64,000 bases of DNA, from contig OZ241744.1 of the NCBI GenBank assembly GCA_965200965.1, forward strand, positions 2,720,001-2,784,000, written 5' to 3'. The first letter of the stretch is position 1; every line of letters starts with the position of its first letter. A model generated the notes under the pieces. It saw only the letters and a program-made list of their open reading frames with translations. It made no database searches and was not told where the DNA came from. A program made the translations under genes and the position numbers. Of this stretch, positions 46,197 to 55,639 are shown piece after piece. This stretch comes from an uncultured Candidatus Binatia bacterium (GTDB lineage: Bacteria > Desulfobacterota > Binatia > Bin18).

Positions 46197-46909
46197 GGTT
46201 CCTTTATTCCCCTGTTCCCCGGGGTCCTGTTTGCGATGAATTCGGCCAACTCGGCCCTATCACCCGCCATCCAATAGGAGGCCTTGTGACTGGCATACAG
46301 CCGTTTGGCTTCTTCCAGGCCGCCCGACTCAACCAGCATCCGCACCAGATTGGCCGTGATCATGGGATGCGAAGCCAAGGCCAGGGCCGTGTCATAACGC
46401 TCCTTCGCCTGCGCCCAGTCACCCTCAAGGCTTGCCACAACGGCCAGACCGTTAGACACCCAGGACGCCACCCTGCCTGAAGACGCCGCGGCCTCTCCAT
46501 CAGCGATCGCCGCGGCGGCCAGGAAGCAGGTCTTGGCCTGAGCGAGGTCTTCCCGCCCCAGGGCTGCCCGCCCGGCCCCGAGCAGGGCTTCGGCCTTGAG
46601 GGCGTCGGTTGTGGCCAGTTCGCCGGCCTCGGCGAACAGGGCGTCCGCGGTGCTGAAGTTGCCCGCATGCAGGGCCAGATAGCCCAGCCCGAGTTTCGGC
46701 TCCGGCGCGGTGGGGAAGGTACGGGAGAGGTTTTCGTACAGCCGCCCCGCGGCGGCCGGCTGGCCAGTTTCAATAGCCGCGGCAGACACCTTCAGGCTGC
46801 TGTTCAACATCTCCTGTTGGGCCGGACCGAGTTGCGCCTCGCCCGAGAGCTGGCTACACGCACCCAGCACTACCGTGAGGCCCGCTGTCATGAACTGACC
46901 AGGCTTCAT
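46193..46909 (-). CDS. TPR lipoprotein, TadD/pilotin-like
   Basis: Lipobox LGAC; TPR-like helices; first gene of the Tad transcription unit. Confidence 0.7.
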   Translation of the reverse strand: MKPGQFMTAGLTVVLGACSQLSGEAQLGPAQQEMLNSSLKVSAAAIETGQPAAAGRLYENLSRTFPTAPEPKLGLGYLALHAGNFSTADALFAEAGELATTDALKAEALLGAGRAALGREDLAQAKTCFLAAAAIADGEAAASSGRVASWVSNGLAVVASLEGDWAQAKERYDTALALASHPMITANLVRMLVESGGLEEAKRLYASHKASYWMAGDRAELAEFIANRTPGNRGIKEP

Positions 46910-46937
46910 TCTGACCCTCCCATATGTTGCAATCCTG

Positions 46938-47055
46938 CATACCATCAGTCTGTATGTCAAGCCCTCTTCGGATTTATGGCTTGACATACAGACTGAAAGT
47001 ATGGCATAGGAGCGTCATACAATAATTCCGGGGAGTCAAACAGACAGACTGTATG
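46938..47055. promoter_or_regulatory. Divergent promoters with TetR-type operators
   Basis: Perfect 19-bp inverted repeat 46945-46963/46978-46996, each arm containing TTGACA; CATAC-N9-GTATG palindromes; third related site 47037-47055. Confidence 0.65.
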
Positions 47056-47066
47056 CGAAAAATTGA

Positions 47067-47081
47067 GGGGGGGGGGGGGGG
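47067..47081 (+). repeat. G15 homopolymer
   Basis: Directly visible. Confidence 0.9.
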
Positions 47082-47085
47082 TAAT

Positions 47086-47262
47086 GTGGCTTCTCCCCTT
47101 TCAAAAGCAGACCGGGCCAGGCAGACCCGGGCCGCCCTGATCGCCGCCGCGCGTGGGTTGTTTGCCGAGCAGGGGTATGCCAACACCTCAACCGGAGACA
47201 TTGTTCACCGTGTCGGCGTGACCCGGGGTGCGCTCTCCCATCATTCCGAGGGGAGGCTCTGA
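47086..47262 (+). pseudogene. HTH-only partial duplicate of the downstream TetR gene
   Basis: TRAALIAAARGLFAEQGYANTS...GVTRGAL matches the downstream TetR N-terminus, then stops. Confidence 0.7.
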
Positions 47263-47268
47263 GGGGAG

Positions 47269-47904
47269 ATGGACCCCACACGCTCAAAAGCCGAACAATC
47301 CGCCACCACCCGGGCCGCCCTGATCGCCGCCGCCAAAGCGCTGTTTATCGAGCGGGGGTACGCGAATACGTCTACCGAAGCCATTGTCGAGCGTGCGGGG
47401 GTGACCCGGGGCGCACTCTACCATCAGTTCAAGGACAAAGCCGACCTGTTCAAAGCCGTGTCCGATGAGGTCAGAGCCTCTCTGGCCCAGACGCTTTCCA
47501 AGCGTGTACAGGAGGTTGAGGGCGATCGCTGGCAGCGGTTTCTCGTGACCGCCTCCTCAAGCTTTCTGGACATCGTGAGTGAACCGAGCGTGCAGCGTAT
47601 TATCTATATTGACGGCCCGGCGATTCTGGGCCGCGCCCTGTCGCCCGAGAACAGCGACTCGCCGGCCCTGCTTGTCATGCGTGAGGAGTTGGAGGTGCTG
47701 ATGGCCGAGGGCTGGATTGAAGAGCAGCCGCTCGAATCCCTGTGCCGCCTGCTCTGGGGCGTGTTCTTTGAGGCCGGTATCTACATCGCCAACGCGGACA
47801 ACGTCGAGGTCGCCAAGCGGGAAATCAGACCTGTCCTTGAGTGCCTGCTCGGAGGAATGCGGATCAAGCCCGGCCCTCAGCATCTCTCCAAAAAGGCCGA
47901 GTAG
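47269..47904 (+). CDS. TetR/AcrR family regulator
   Basis: LF.ERGY..TS...I..RAGVTRGALYH.F.DK. Confidence 0.9.
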   Translation: MDPTRSKAEQSATTRAALIAAAKALFIERGYANTSTEAIVERAGVTRGALYHQFKDKADLFKAVSDEVRASLAQTLSKRVQEVEGDRWQRFLVTASSSFLDIVSEPSVQRIIYIDGPAILGRALSPENSDSPALLVMREELEVLMAEGWIEEQPLESLCRLLWGVFFEAGIYIANADNVEVAKREIRPVLECLLGGMRIKPGPQHLSKKAE

Positions 47905-47934
47905 TTGGGGCGCGATGAGTGGCTGGCCCCGATG

Positions 47935-48540
47935 CTATGTGGCCGGGTCGTTTTGCGGCCCCCGGTTCTCAATCACCTGATCGATAAGCCCATAGTCAAC
48001 CGCCTGCTGGGGACTGAAAAAGAAGTCCCGGTCGGTGTCTTTTTCGATCGTCTTCAGCGGCTGGCCGGTGTGCTGAGCCAGGATAGCGTTCAACTGCCCC
48101 CGGATGCGCAACACTTCTCTGGCCTGGATTTCGATATCGCTGGTCTGGCCTTCCGCCCCGCCCAGCGGCTGGTGAATCATCACCCGGGCGTGGGGCAGGG
48201 CCAAGCGTTTGCCTTTGGCCCCAGCGGCCAAGAGCAGTGCCCCCATACTGGTGGCCTGGCCGACACACAGGGTCGAGACCGCCGGCTTGATGTATTGCAC
48301 GGTGTCATAAATCGCCAGCCCGGCAGTGACCGAACCCCCCGGCGAGTTGATATAAAGATGAATATCTTTCTCCGGGTCTTCCGACTCTAGGAACAGCAGT
48401 TGGGCTGTGACGAGGGCGGCCCCCTCGTCGCCCACCGCGGAGCCCAGAAACACAATTCGATCTCTCAGCAGCCGGGAGTACAGATCATACGCCCGCTCGC
48501 CTCTGCCAGTCTGCTCAACAACGGTTGGGATAAAGTTCAT
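47935..48540 (-). CDS. clpP: ATP-dependent Clp protease proteolytic subunit
   Basis: [33 protein letters not shown]. Confidence 0.95.
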   Translation of the reverse strand: MNFIPTVVEQTGRGERAYDLYSRLLRDRIVFLGSAVGDEGAALVTAQLLFLESEDPEKDIHLYINSPGGSVTAGLAIYDTVQYIKPAVSTLCVGQATSMGALLLAAGAKGKRLALPHARVMIHQPLGGAEGQTSDIEIQAREVLRIRGQLNAILAQHTGQPLKTIEKDTDRDFFFSPQQAVDYGLIDQVIENRGPQNDPAT

Positions 48541-48672
48541 AGTGTCCCAGAATAGTCTTTTCCCGCCCGTCCAGCAAGACGAAGCTGAAGCGGTGTTGCT
48601 CTTCCCAGACACATTCGAGCGGCATATGTGCTACGATGTCCGGTAAATATTCCTGGACAGGAGGAAAGCCTT

Positions 48673-49173
48673 ATGCCAGTCAAAGCCGGTTGGGAAGGTC
48701 GGTATTATGAAGATTTTGAGGTCGGCGATGTGTACCGCTGTCGGCTCGGTCGGACAGTGACCGAAAACGATAACATCTGGTTCACCCTGCTGACCAACAA
48801 CACCAACCAGATACATTTCAACACCGAGTACGGCAAACAGACCGAGTTCGGTCAGTGTCTGATCAACAGCGTCCTGACCCTGGCGATTGTTGCCGGGCTC
48901 GGCGTGGCCGATGTGAGCGAGCATGGTTTTAACCTGGGCTGGGATAACGTCACCCTGCCCAACCCGGTGTTTGCCGGCGACACCCTGTACTCCGAATCCG
49001 AAGTCCTGGACAAGCGCGAGTCCCAGTCCAAACCCCAGTGGGGTATTGTCAAGGTCGAAACGCGCGGGGTCAAACAGGACGGCAGTCTCGTGTGTCAATA
49101 CACGCGCAATGTCATGGTCTGGAAAAAGGCCCACGCGCCCACGCGCGACCTCTTCCCTGAACCACACGCCTGA
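48673..49173 (+). CDS. MaoC family dehydratase
   Basis: YYEDFEVG, RTVTE.DN, NLGW, PVFAGDTL. Confidence 0.85.
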   Translation: MPVKAGWEGRYYEDFEVGDVYRCRLGRTVTENDNIWFTLLTNNTNQIHFNTEYGKQTEFGQCLINSVLTLAIVAGLGVADVSEHGFNLGWDNVTLPNPVFAGDTLYSESEVLDKRESQSKPQWGIVKVETRGVKQDGSLVCQYTRNVMVWKKAHAPTRDLFPEPHA

Positions 49174-49185
49174 CAGCGTGCCGTC

Positions 49186-50322
49186 ATGGAATGCCAGCGC
49201 CATTTATTTACCCTGCCCGAGGATCAGCACTACCTCAACTGCGCGTACATGTCCCCGCTGCTGAAATCGGTCGAAGCGGCCGGCATTGCCGGGCTGCGGC
49301 GCAAGGGCAACCCGGCCGGGCTTGTTGCGGACGATTTCTTTGCCGACACACATGCCTTGCGCCGCGGCTTTGCCCGCCTTGTCCATACCCAGCCCGGGCG
49401 GGTCGCGCTGGTGCCGGCCGTGAGTTATGGCATGGCCATTGCCAGTCACAATACGCCGCTCCGGCCTGAGCACAATGTGGTCATCCCCGGTGAGGAGTTT
49501 CCGAGCAATGTCTATGCCTGGATGGCGCAGTGCCAGCGCACTGGAGCGCGCCTGCGTTGTGTTGCGCGTCCAGACCGGGACTCACCCGACAGTTGGACAG
49601 TCCGTCTCCTTGACGCCATAGACCGCCACACCGCAGTCGTGACCCTCAGCACGGTCCATTGGACGGATGGTACGCCGTTTGACACCGCCCGGATTGGACG
49701 CCGGGCGCGCGAAGTCGGAGCGCTGTTCGTTGTCGATGGCACACAGTCAATCGGGGCCGTGGCGTTTGACTGTGCCGCGGTGCAACCGGACCTCCTGGTC
49801 TGCGCCGGCTATAAGTGGCTGCTCGGCCCCTACCAGTACGGTTTTGCGGTGGTGGGCGACCGCCTGCTTGACGCCGAGCCGTTTGAACACAACTGGATTA
49901 CCCGCAGAAACAGCCACGACTTCAGCGCCCTGGTTCACTATCAGTCCGAGTTTCAGCCTGGGGCGCAGCGCTTTGACGCCGGCGAGCGGTCCAACTTCAT
50001 TCTGGTGCCCATGCTGCTCACAGCACTCCAACAGCTCGAGCGCTGGGGCGTGGCCAATATCCAGACCTACTGCGCCCGGCTGAGCGAGGGCTTGGCCGAG
50101 GCGCTGGCCGACAGTCCGTATGCGCTGACCGCCGAGCGCTCGGCCCACCTGTTTGGCGTGCGGCTGCCCGAGGCCGGGCCTCTCCCGGCCATTCTTGCCG
50201 AACTGCGCCGGCGACAGGTGCATGTGTCCCAGCGTGGCAACGCAATCCGCGTATCGCCCCATGTCTACAATCGGCCCGAGGATATTGAGGCGCTGGCCGA
50301 GACCCTGCGCCGGGCGCTCTAG
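49186..50322 (+). CDS. Aminotransferase class V PLP enzyme
   Basis: YLN.A..SP, EFPSN, VDGTQS.G, GYKWLLGP, IRVSPH.YN. Confidence 0.9.
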   Translation: MECQRHLFTLPEDQHYLNCAYMSPLLKSVEAAGIAGLRRKGNPAGLVADDFFADTHALRRGFARLVHTQPGRVALVPAVSYGMAIASHNTPLRPEHNVVIPGEEFPSNVYAWMAQCQRTGARLRCVARPDRDSPDSWTVRLLDAIDRHTAVVTLSTVHWTDGTPFDTARIGRRAREVGALFVVDGTQSIGAVAFDCAAVQPDLLVCAGYKWLLGPYQYGFAVVGDRLLDAEPFEHNWITRRNSHDFSALVHYQSEFQPGAQRFDAGERSNFILVPMLLTALQQLERWGVANIQTYCARLSEGLAEALADSPYALTAERSAHLFGVRLPEAGPLPAILAELRRRQVHVSQRGNAIRVSPHVYNRPEDIEALAETLRRAL

Positions 50323-50996
50323 GCCGGCCTGCGCGTGTAGCCGGGTGGTCTGGCAAATGGGGTACCGTAGGCGTTGCGCCAACTGACCTCTTCCACCGGC
50401 CTGCGGCTGACCGGCCCAAAGCGGCCTCGTGGGTAGCCGATTGGAATCAGCGCATAGGTGGTAATCGTGTCCGGCAACTCAAGGATTCTTTTCATGTCGG
50501 CTTCATACTGGGTCGTCACCGAGGTCAGCGTTGCACCTAAGCCCAGGGCCCGGCAGGCCAGCAGGATATTTTGTACCGCGGGGTAGATACTGCCGCCGAT
50601 AATCCGAATGAAGTGTTCGGCGTTGGGGCCTGTCTTGCGCGCGGTGTGCAGCCGACGCTCGCGTAAACACGCGGCGAGCAGGACCGGGGCTTCGGCCAGG
50701 TGCTCGGCCAGATGGGAGGCGGCGCGGACATTTTTATCGCTCTCGGGCGTCAGTCCGGCCGCTGCATACTGTTTGAGAGCAATCTGCCAGCCGTGTTGAT
50801 ACAGTTCGGCAATCTGCCGTTTGCGGCCCGGGTCAGTCACCACCACAAACCGCCAGGCCTGGACGCCGCCACCGCTCGGGGCCTGGGTGCCGGCTTCGAG
50901 GATGCGGTAGATCAGCGCGTCTGGAACGGGGTCGGGCTTGAGGCGTCTCATGCTGCGACAGGTGTACATGATGTCAAACAACTCGTGTTCGGCCAT
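50319..50996 (-). CDS. Nitroreductase family protein
   Basis: RSMRRL.PDPVP, APSGG..Q.W.F, QNILLA.RALGLG, IPIGYP. Confidence 0.9.
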   Translation of the reverse strand: MAEHELFDIMYTCRSMRRLKPDPVPDALIYRILEAGTQAPSGGGVQAWRFVVVTDPGRKRQIAELYQHGWQIALKQYAAAGLTPESDKNVRAASHLAEHLAEAPVLLAACLRERRLHTARKTGPNAEHFIRIIGGSIYPAVQNILLACRALGLGATLTSVTTQYEADMKRILELPDTITTYALIPIGYPRGRFGPVSRRPVEEVSWRNAYGTPFARPPGYTRRPA

Positions 50997-51011
50997 GCGG
51001 GCTGCTCCTTG

Positions 51012-51725
51012 CTAATGAATCCGGTACGCCACCAGGCGGGTCACGCTTTTTTGCGCCGCGCCTTCGCTGCTGATAGCTTTGACCAAGCCGACTCCCCGGG
51101 CGTACCACTCGGTATGCCGCAGCGCAAACTCCGCGTCTTTTTTGCGCGGGTCTGGTACCGCGCTGATGGTCAGCGTCTCTACCCTGAGACAGTTGCGAAA
51201 GGTCCCGGCCGGCACCGCTATCACGCTCGGATCAATCCAGGCGGTGGCCGACGAGCGGCTCGTCCCGCCGCTGGCCATGATCCAGGTGTCGAGCTTCATG
51301 CGCCAGCGGGTTCGGTGGACAAACGGACTGGGCATGACCTGGTCAAGCCCCTGACCCAGCCGGGTGTCCCAGACGCGGTCGCCCTGAGAGTCCAGCCACG
51401 GATAGCGGTATAAAAACCCGTTCCTGCGAAAATAGGCGACCGTGCTTCTGGCCTCAGGCGCACGCGGAGTGAGCGGTTCGTAGTCTTCGGCCACCACATA
51501 GGACGGCTGGCCGAACAGCGGCCAGTTGTCTTTAATGACGGTCTCCGTCATGGAGTAGTGATAGTCTCCGCCCGAGAACCTGACCTCGTGCGTCCAGGTG
51601 TTGTGCATGGCCAGGGGGAAGAAGTCGGCCGCCCTGAGCCGATCTCTGGTCAGTGGGGAGAAGAGCGTGGCGAGTGAGCAGACAATGCCGACGGCTGTGG
51701 TCACCCCGAGAAGCCCTTTCTCCAT
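51012..51725 (-). CDS. Hypothetical exported beta-rich protein
   Basis: N-terminal hydrophobic segment; FPL...N.W, VPAGTF..C, WYARGVGLVK motifs. Confidence 0.6.
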   Translation of the reverse strand: MEKGLLGVTTAVGIVCSLATLFSPLTRDRLRAADFFPLAMHNTWTHEVRFSGGDYHYSMTETVIKDNWPLFGQPSYVVAEDYEPLTPRAPEARSTVAYFRRNGFLYRYPWLDSQGDRVWDTRLGQGLDQVMPSPFVHRTRWRMKLDTWIMASGGTSRSSATAWIDPSVIAVPAGTFRNCLRVETLTISAVPDPRKKDAEFALRHTEWYARGVGLVKAISSEGAAQKSVTRLVAYRIH

Positions 51726-51803
51726 GCCCCCAGCATATACTGTTTGTCCTCCGGTGGCGCAAGCAGTTTCACAAACGGCCGGCTGAGGGGTCTTTCTCTC
51801 TAC

Positions 51804-52376
51804 ATGGCGACACACACCGAGCAGCAGGCCCGGTCTCTCCCTTTTACCGCGTTGGTGCAGCGTCACCAGGGGGCGGTGTATGGCTATCTGCTGCGCTTTA
51901 CCCGGGACCCGCACGACGCCCAAGACCTCTTTCAAGAGACATTCTTCCGCGCCTACCGGGCCTATGCCCGAGCCCCACGGCCGCGGGACGGCTTGGACCA
52001 TCGGGCCTGGGTGATGCGGATCGCCATCAATGTGTCCAGGAACTATGCGCGCGACCGCCAACGCCGGGGCCGGGTGGTGGTGGCCGGGAGCCGTGAGCCG
52101 GCCCAAGACGCCGCCCTGCCGCTCGGAAACGGGGCAGGTATGGAGGAAACCGTGGCCGCCAAGGAGACAACCCGGACCTTACTGGCCGCTATTGAAGCCC
52201 TGCCCTTCCGGCAGCGCGCCGCCCTTGTCCAACGCCAGTTCGAGGGCCTGGACTATCGCACAATCGCCGACAATCTGGCGTGTTCCCAAGACACCGCGCG
52301 GGCGCATGTCTATCAGGCGCTCCGCAAGCTGCGGCTGGCCCTCGCCCCACGGGACGCCAGTACCCGGGAGGACTAG
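51804..52376 (+). CDS. ECF RNA polymerase sigma factor
   Basis: DAQDLFQETF region 2; LP.RQR, Y..IA region 4. Confidence 0.9.
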   Translation: MATHTEQQARSLPFTALVQRHQGAVYGYLLRFTRDPHDAQDLFQETFFRAYRAYARAPRPRDGLDHRAWVMRIAINVSRNYARDRQRRGRVVVAGSREPAQDAALPLGNGAGMEETVAAKETTRTLLAAIEALPFRQRAALVQRQFEGLDYRTIADNLACSQDTARAHVYQALRKLRLALAPRDASTRED

Positions 52377-52379
52377 GCT

Positions 52380-53396
52380 ATGGCAAAAACATGCGGGTTT
52401 TCAGAACGTCGGCTCATTGCTGAGGCCTTCAGCGAGGCCACCGCTGAGCTGAGTCAACAGGTACGCCGGCATGTGGCCGGCTGCTCTCGGTGTAGCGAAC
52501 GGCTGGAACAGTATCGGACGCTGCGCGCCCGCTTCAAGGACTGGCCCGCCCCTGCACAGGAGGCTGAGGGCCTGCGGCACGCCCGGCGGGCGCTTGAGGC
52601 GCGGCTGGGCGAGGTGCAGCGTCCACGTTTGCGCGTCCAGTTGTGGCACTCCCCGGTCGGAGATATTCTGATCGGGGCGACCGACAAAGGGGTGGTTTGT
52701 GTTGAGTTCCAGCGCCCCGATCAGACGCAGCGTTTTCACCAATCGCAAGGAAGACACGACGTGTTATCGTCACCACAGCTCGCGCGCCTCGAGCCTGAAC
52801 TGACGCCTGAGCAGGCTGGGCCGGATACCGCCGCCCTCGTCCAACAGCTCGACGAGTATTTTGCCGGAACACGTCGGACGCTTGACTGGACGCTGGATGA
52901 TCGATTGATGCGCAGCGACTTTCAGCGGCAGGTGCTGCGGGCCACCACAGCTATTCCCTACGGCACGGTTATGAGTTATCAGGGTCTGGCCGATGTCATC
53001 GGACAGCCGGCCGCGGTCCGCGCCGTCGCCCAAGCCCTGCGTCACAACCCGGTTCCTCTCCATATTCCGTGTCATCGGGTGTTGGGCAGCGATGGGCGCT
53101 TGACCGGCTATGCCGGCAACCTGGTTGATATCAAACGCGATATCCTTGAGACGGAGGGGGTTCCGGTCAGACACACCAGGCGGGGCCTGGCCATTGCCAC
53201 CGCCCTGCTGTATGTGGGCTGGCGTTCCCGCTCCCGCCTGTGTCGGCCTGACTGTTCCAGCCTGCAAGGGCAAACCGCCGGCGAGCGGGTGTGGATTCCC
53301 TCTCAGGCTCGCGCCCGAGAACTCGGCTACCAGCCCTGCTCCCGGTGTCATCCCGAGCTGCGCCCCCTGGACGAGGAGCGGGCCGGCCTTATCTGA
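52380..53396 (+). CDS. Zinc-finger anti-sigma / O6-methylguanine-DNA methyltransferase / Ada-type Zn-domain fusion
   Basis: N-terminal HxxxCxxC; central IPYG..SY and PCHRV; C-terminal CRPDC...GY.PCSRC.P. Confidence 0.8.
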   Translation: MAKTCGFSERRLIAEAFSEATAELSQQVRRHVAGCSRCSERLEQYRTLRARFKDWPAPAQEAEGLRHARRALEARLGEVQRPRLRVQLWHSPVGDILIGATDKGVVCVEFQRPDQTQRFHQSQGRHDVLSSPQLARLEPELTPEQAGPDTAALVQQLDEYFAGTRRTLDWTLDDRLMRSDFQRQVLRATTAIPYGTVMSYQGLADVIGQPAAVRAVAQALRHNPVPLHIPCHRVLGSDGRLTGYAGNLVDIKRDILETEGVPVRHTRRGLAIATALLYVGWRSRSRLCRPDCSSLQGQTAGERVWIPSQARARELGYQPCSRCHPELRPLDEERAGLI

Positions 53397-53399
53397 GTC

Positions 53400-53864
53400 A
53401 TGGAGACAGCAGCAGACCTGAGGCGCGCCGGTCTTCCGGCCTTTTCTGCTGCGGTCTACCGTCTGGTCGCCCGCGTTCCCAAGGGCAAGGTCGTGACCTA
53501 TGGGCAGGTGGCGGCTCTGCTGGGGGTGCCGCGCGCGCCTCGGGCGGTCGGGACCGCCCTGCGCCGTCTGCCCCCTCCGCTGTCCCGCACCGTTCCCTGG
53601 CAACGGGTCATCAGCGCCTCGGGCGGCATCAGCATTCGCGGCGACCTGATTCGGGCCGAACAGCAACGGTGGCTGCTTGAAGACGAGGGCATTGAGTTTG
53701 GTCGCCACGGCAAGGTTGATCTTGACACATATCGCTGGTCCGGTCCCAAGCGGTGGACCCCGCCCAAGTGGAAGACCCCGCTCTCTCGGGGCTCAGGCGC
53801 AGGGTCCCGACGGATTGGCGGGATTCCATACACCGATGCGCCCCGGCAGGGGGGCGTGCCTTGA
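53400..53864 (+). CDS. Alkyltransferase-like (ATL) protein
   Basis: VP.GKV.TYGQVA, RAVG, PWQRV (Trp in place of the catalytic Cys). Confidence 0.85.
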   Translation: METAADLRRAGLPAFSAAVYRLVARVPKGKVVTYGQVAALLGVPRAPRAVGTALRRLPPPLSRTVPWQRVISASGGISIRGDLIRAEQQRWLLEDEGIEFGRHGKVDLDTYRWSGPKRWTPPKWKTPLSRGSGAGSRRIGGIPYTDAPRQGGVP

Positions 53865-53928
53865 CTGTGCCCCGCCGGGTAGGGGAAAACATCAGAGCAG
53901 CGTTGCATATTCTGGTAAGGAGGAACTC

Positions 53929-55587
53929 ATGGCCAGCATCCGCGGGGAACAGATCATTGGGCAGGCGTTTAAGAACGAAGGCGTTGAGACGATTTTCTTC
54001 ATGATGGGCGGCCCTACCTCAGGAACGGCCGCCTCGTGCCTCGCCCACGGTATGGAGGGCATTTATGTCCGCCATGAACAAGCCGCGGCCATGATGGCCC
54101 ACGCCTATGCCCGCGTTACCGGGAAACCCGGCATCTGCATTACCCCGTCGGGACCGGGCACGGCCAATGCCGTCACCGGCCTGGCCAACGCCTGGGCCGA
54201 CTCCGCGCCGATTGTGGCGATTGGAGGCGCTGCGCCGATGCGGGCCACTACCTTGGATGCGTTCCAGGAGATGGACCAGGTGGCGATGATGAAACCGGTG
54301 GTCAAAGCCGCCTACCGGGTTGATATGGTCCAGCGGATTCCTGAGTATGTCAGCATCGCCTTTCGGGAGGCGATGGACGGCAAAAAGGGGCCGGTCTATC
54401 TGGACCTGCCCGGTGACATCCTGGCCGGCAAGGTGGAAGAGGACAGCCTGTACTGGCCGCGCCAGTATCGGGTTGAGAGCCGGCCGGCCGGAGACCCGGC
54501 ACTGATCCGGCGGGCGGTTGCGCTGCTCCGTCAGGCCGCCAGGCCGATCATTGTCACCGGCAGCGGTGTGCTGTGGGCCGACGCCAGCCGGGAGTTGCGG
54601 CAGTTTGTCGAGACCACCGGCATTCCGTTCTACACCACCCCGCAGGGGCGGGGTGTGGTCCCCGAAGATCACCCCCGGGCGTTTCCGGCCGCGCGCTCTC
54701 TGGCGTTTCGGGAAGCCGACCTGGTGCTCGTCATCGGGGCCCGTGCCAACTCCATGCTGTCTTTTCTGCGGCCGCCGCGTTTTTCCCCCGAGGCCAAGTT
54801 CATTAACATCAATCTCGACGGCCGCTCTATCGGCCATAACCGGGGGGTGGAGGTCGGGATTCCTGGCGATGCCAAGCTGGTACTCCAGCAGCTGACCGAA
54901 GAGGCGAGCGGAAAATTCGACGGGGCGCAGGAGACGGCCTGGGTCGCCCAGCTCGCGGCCAAGCAACGCTCCAACGAGGAACGCTCCGCCCCGCTGCTGC
55001 ACTCTGAAGCCGTGCCGGTGCATCCTTTGCGCCTGTGTCGGGAACTGCGTGAAGTCATCAGCCGCGACACAATTCTGGTGGTGGACGGACACGAAATCCT
55101 CAACTTTGCCCGCCAGTCAATTCCCATTTATGACATCGGGACCAGCCTGAACGCCGGCCCCCACGGCTGCATGGGCGTAGGTGTCCCGTTCGGCATTGGG
55201 GCCAAGGCGGCCCGACCGGACAAGCCGGTCCTGGTGTTGTCCGGGGATGGGGCGTTTGGCTGGAACGGCATGGAAATGGACTCGGCGATTCGCCATAACT
55301 TGCCGATTGTGGTCGTGGTGTCCAACAATGCCGGGTTCACCTCGCGCCAGACCGGCCGGGCCACCGCCAGCAACCTGGGCATGGGCAATGTCGGGCGTGA
55401 ACTCGGCCACCAGCGCTATGACAAAGTTGTTGAGGCGCTGGGCGGCTACGGCGAGTTTGTCGAGAACCCGGCCGATATCCGGGCCGCCCTTGAACGCGCC
55501 ATAGCGAGCGGTAAGCCGGCCCTGGTCAATGTGTGTACCGACCCGGAAGCGCAGGCCACCACCGATATGGGATTCGGCGGCTACTGA
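53929..55587 (+). CDS. Thiamine-diphosphate enzyme (oxalyl-CoA decarboxylase/2-hydroxyacyl-CoA lyase-like)
   Basis: RHEQAA, SGPG, AFQE, GCMGVG, GDG...NN motif. Confidence 0.85.
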   Translation: MASIRGEQIIGQAFKNEGVETIFFMMGGPTSGTAASCLAHGMEGIYVRHEQAAAMMAHAYARVTGKPGICITPSGPGTANAVTGLANAWADSAPIVAIGGAAPMRATTLDAFQEMDQVAMMKPVVKAAYRVDMVQRIPEYVSIAFREAMDGKKGPVYLDLPGDILAGKVEEDSLYWPRQYRVESRPAGDPALIRRAVALLRQAARPIIVTGSGVLWADASRELRQFVETTGIPFYTTPQGRGVVPEDHPRAFPAARSLAFREADLVLVIGARANSMLSFLRPPRFSPEAKFININLDGRSIGHNRGVEVGIPGDAKLVLQQLTEEASGKFDGAQETAWVAQLAAKQRSNEERSAPLLHSEAVPVHPLRLCRELREVISRDTILVVDGHEILNFARQSIPIYDIGTSLNAGPHGCMGVGVPFGIGAKAARPDKPVLVLSGDGAFGWNGMEMDSAIRHNLPIVVVVSNNAGFTSRQTGRATASNLGMGNVGRELGHQRYDKVVEALGGYGEFVENPADIRAALERAIASGKPALVNVCTDPEAQATTDMGFGGY

Positions 55588-55639
55588 GATCCGTGCGGCC
55601 GGACGTTCCGAAGCCGGACATTCCGAAGAGGAGAGCGGT

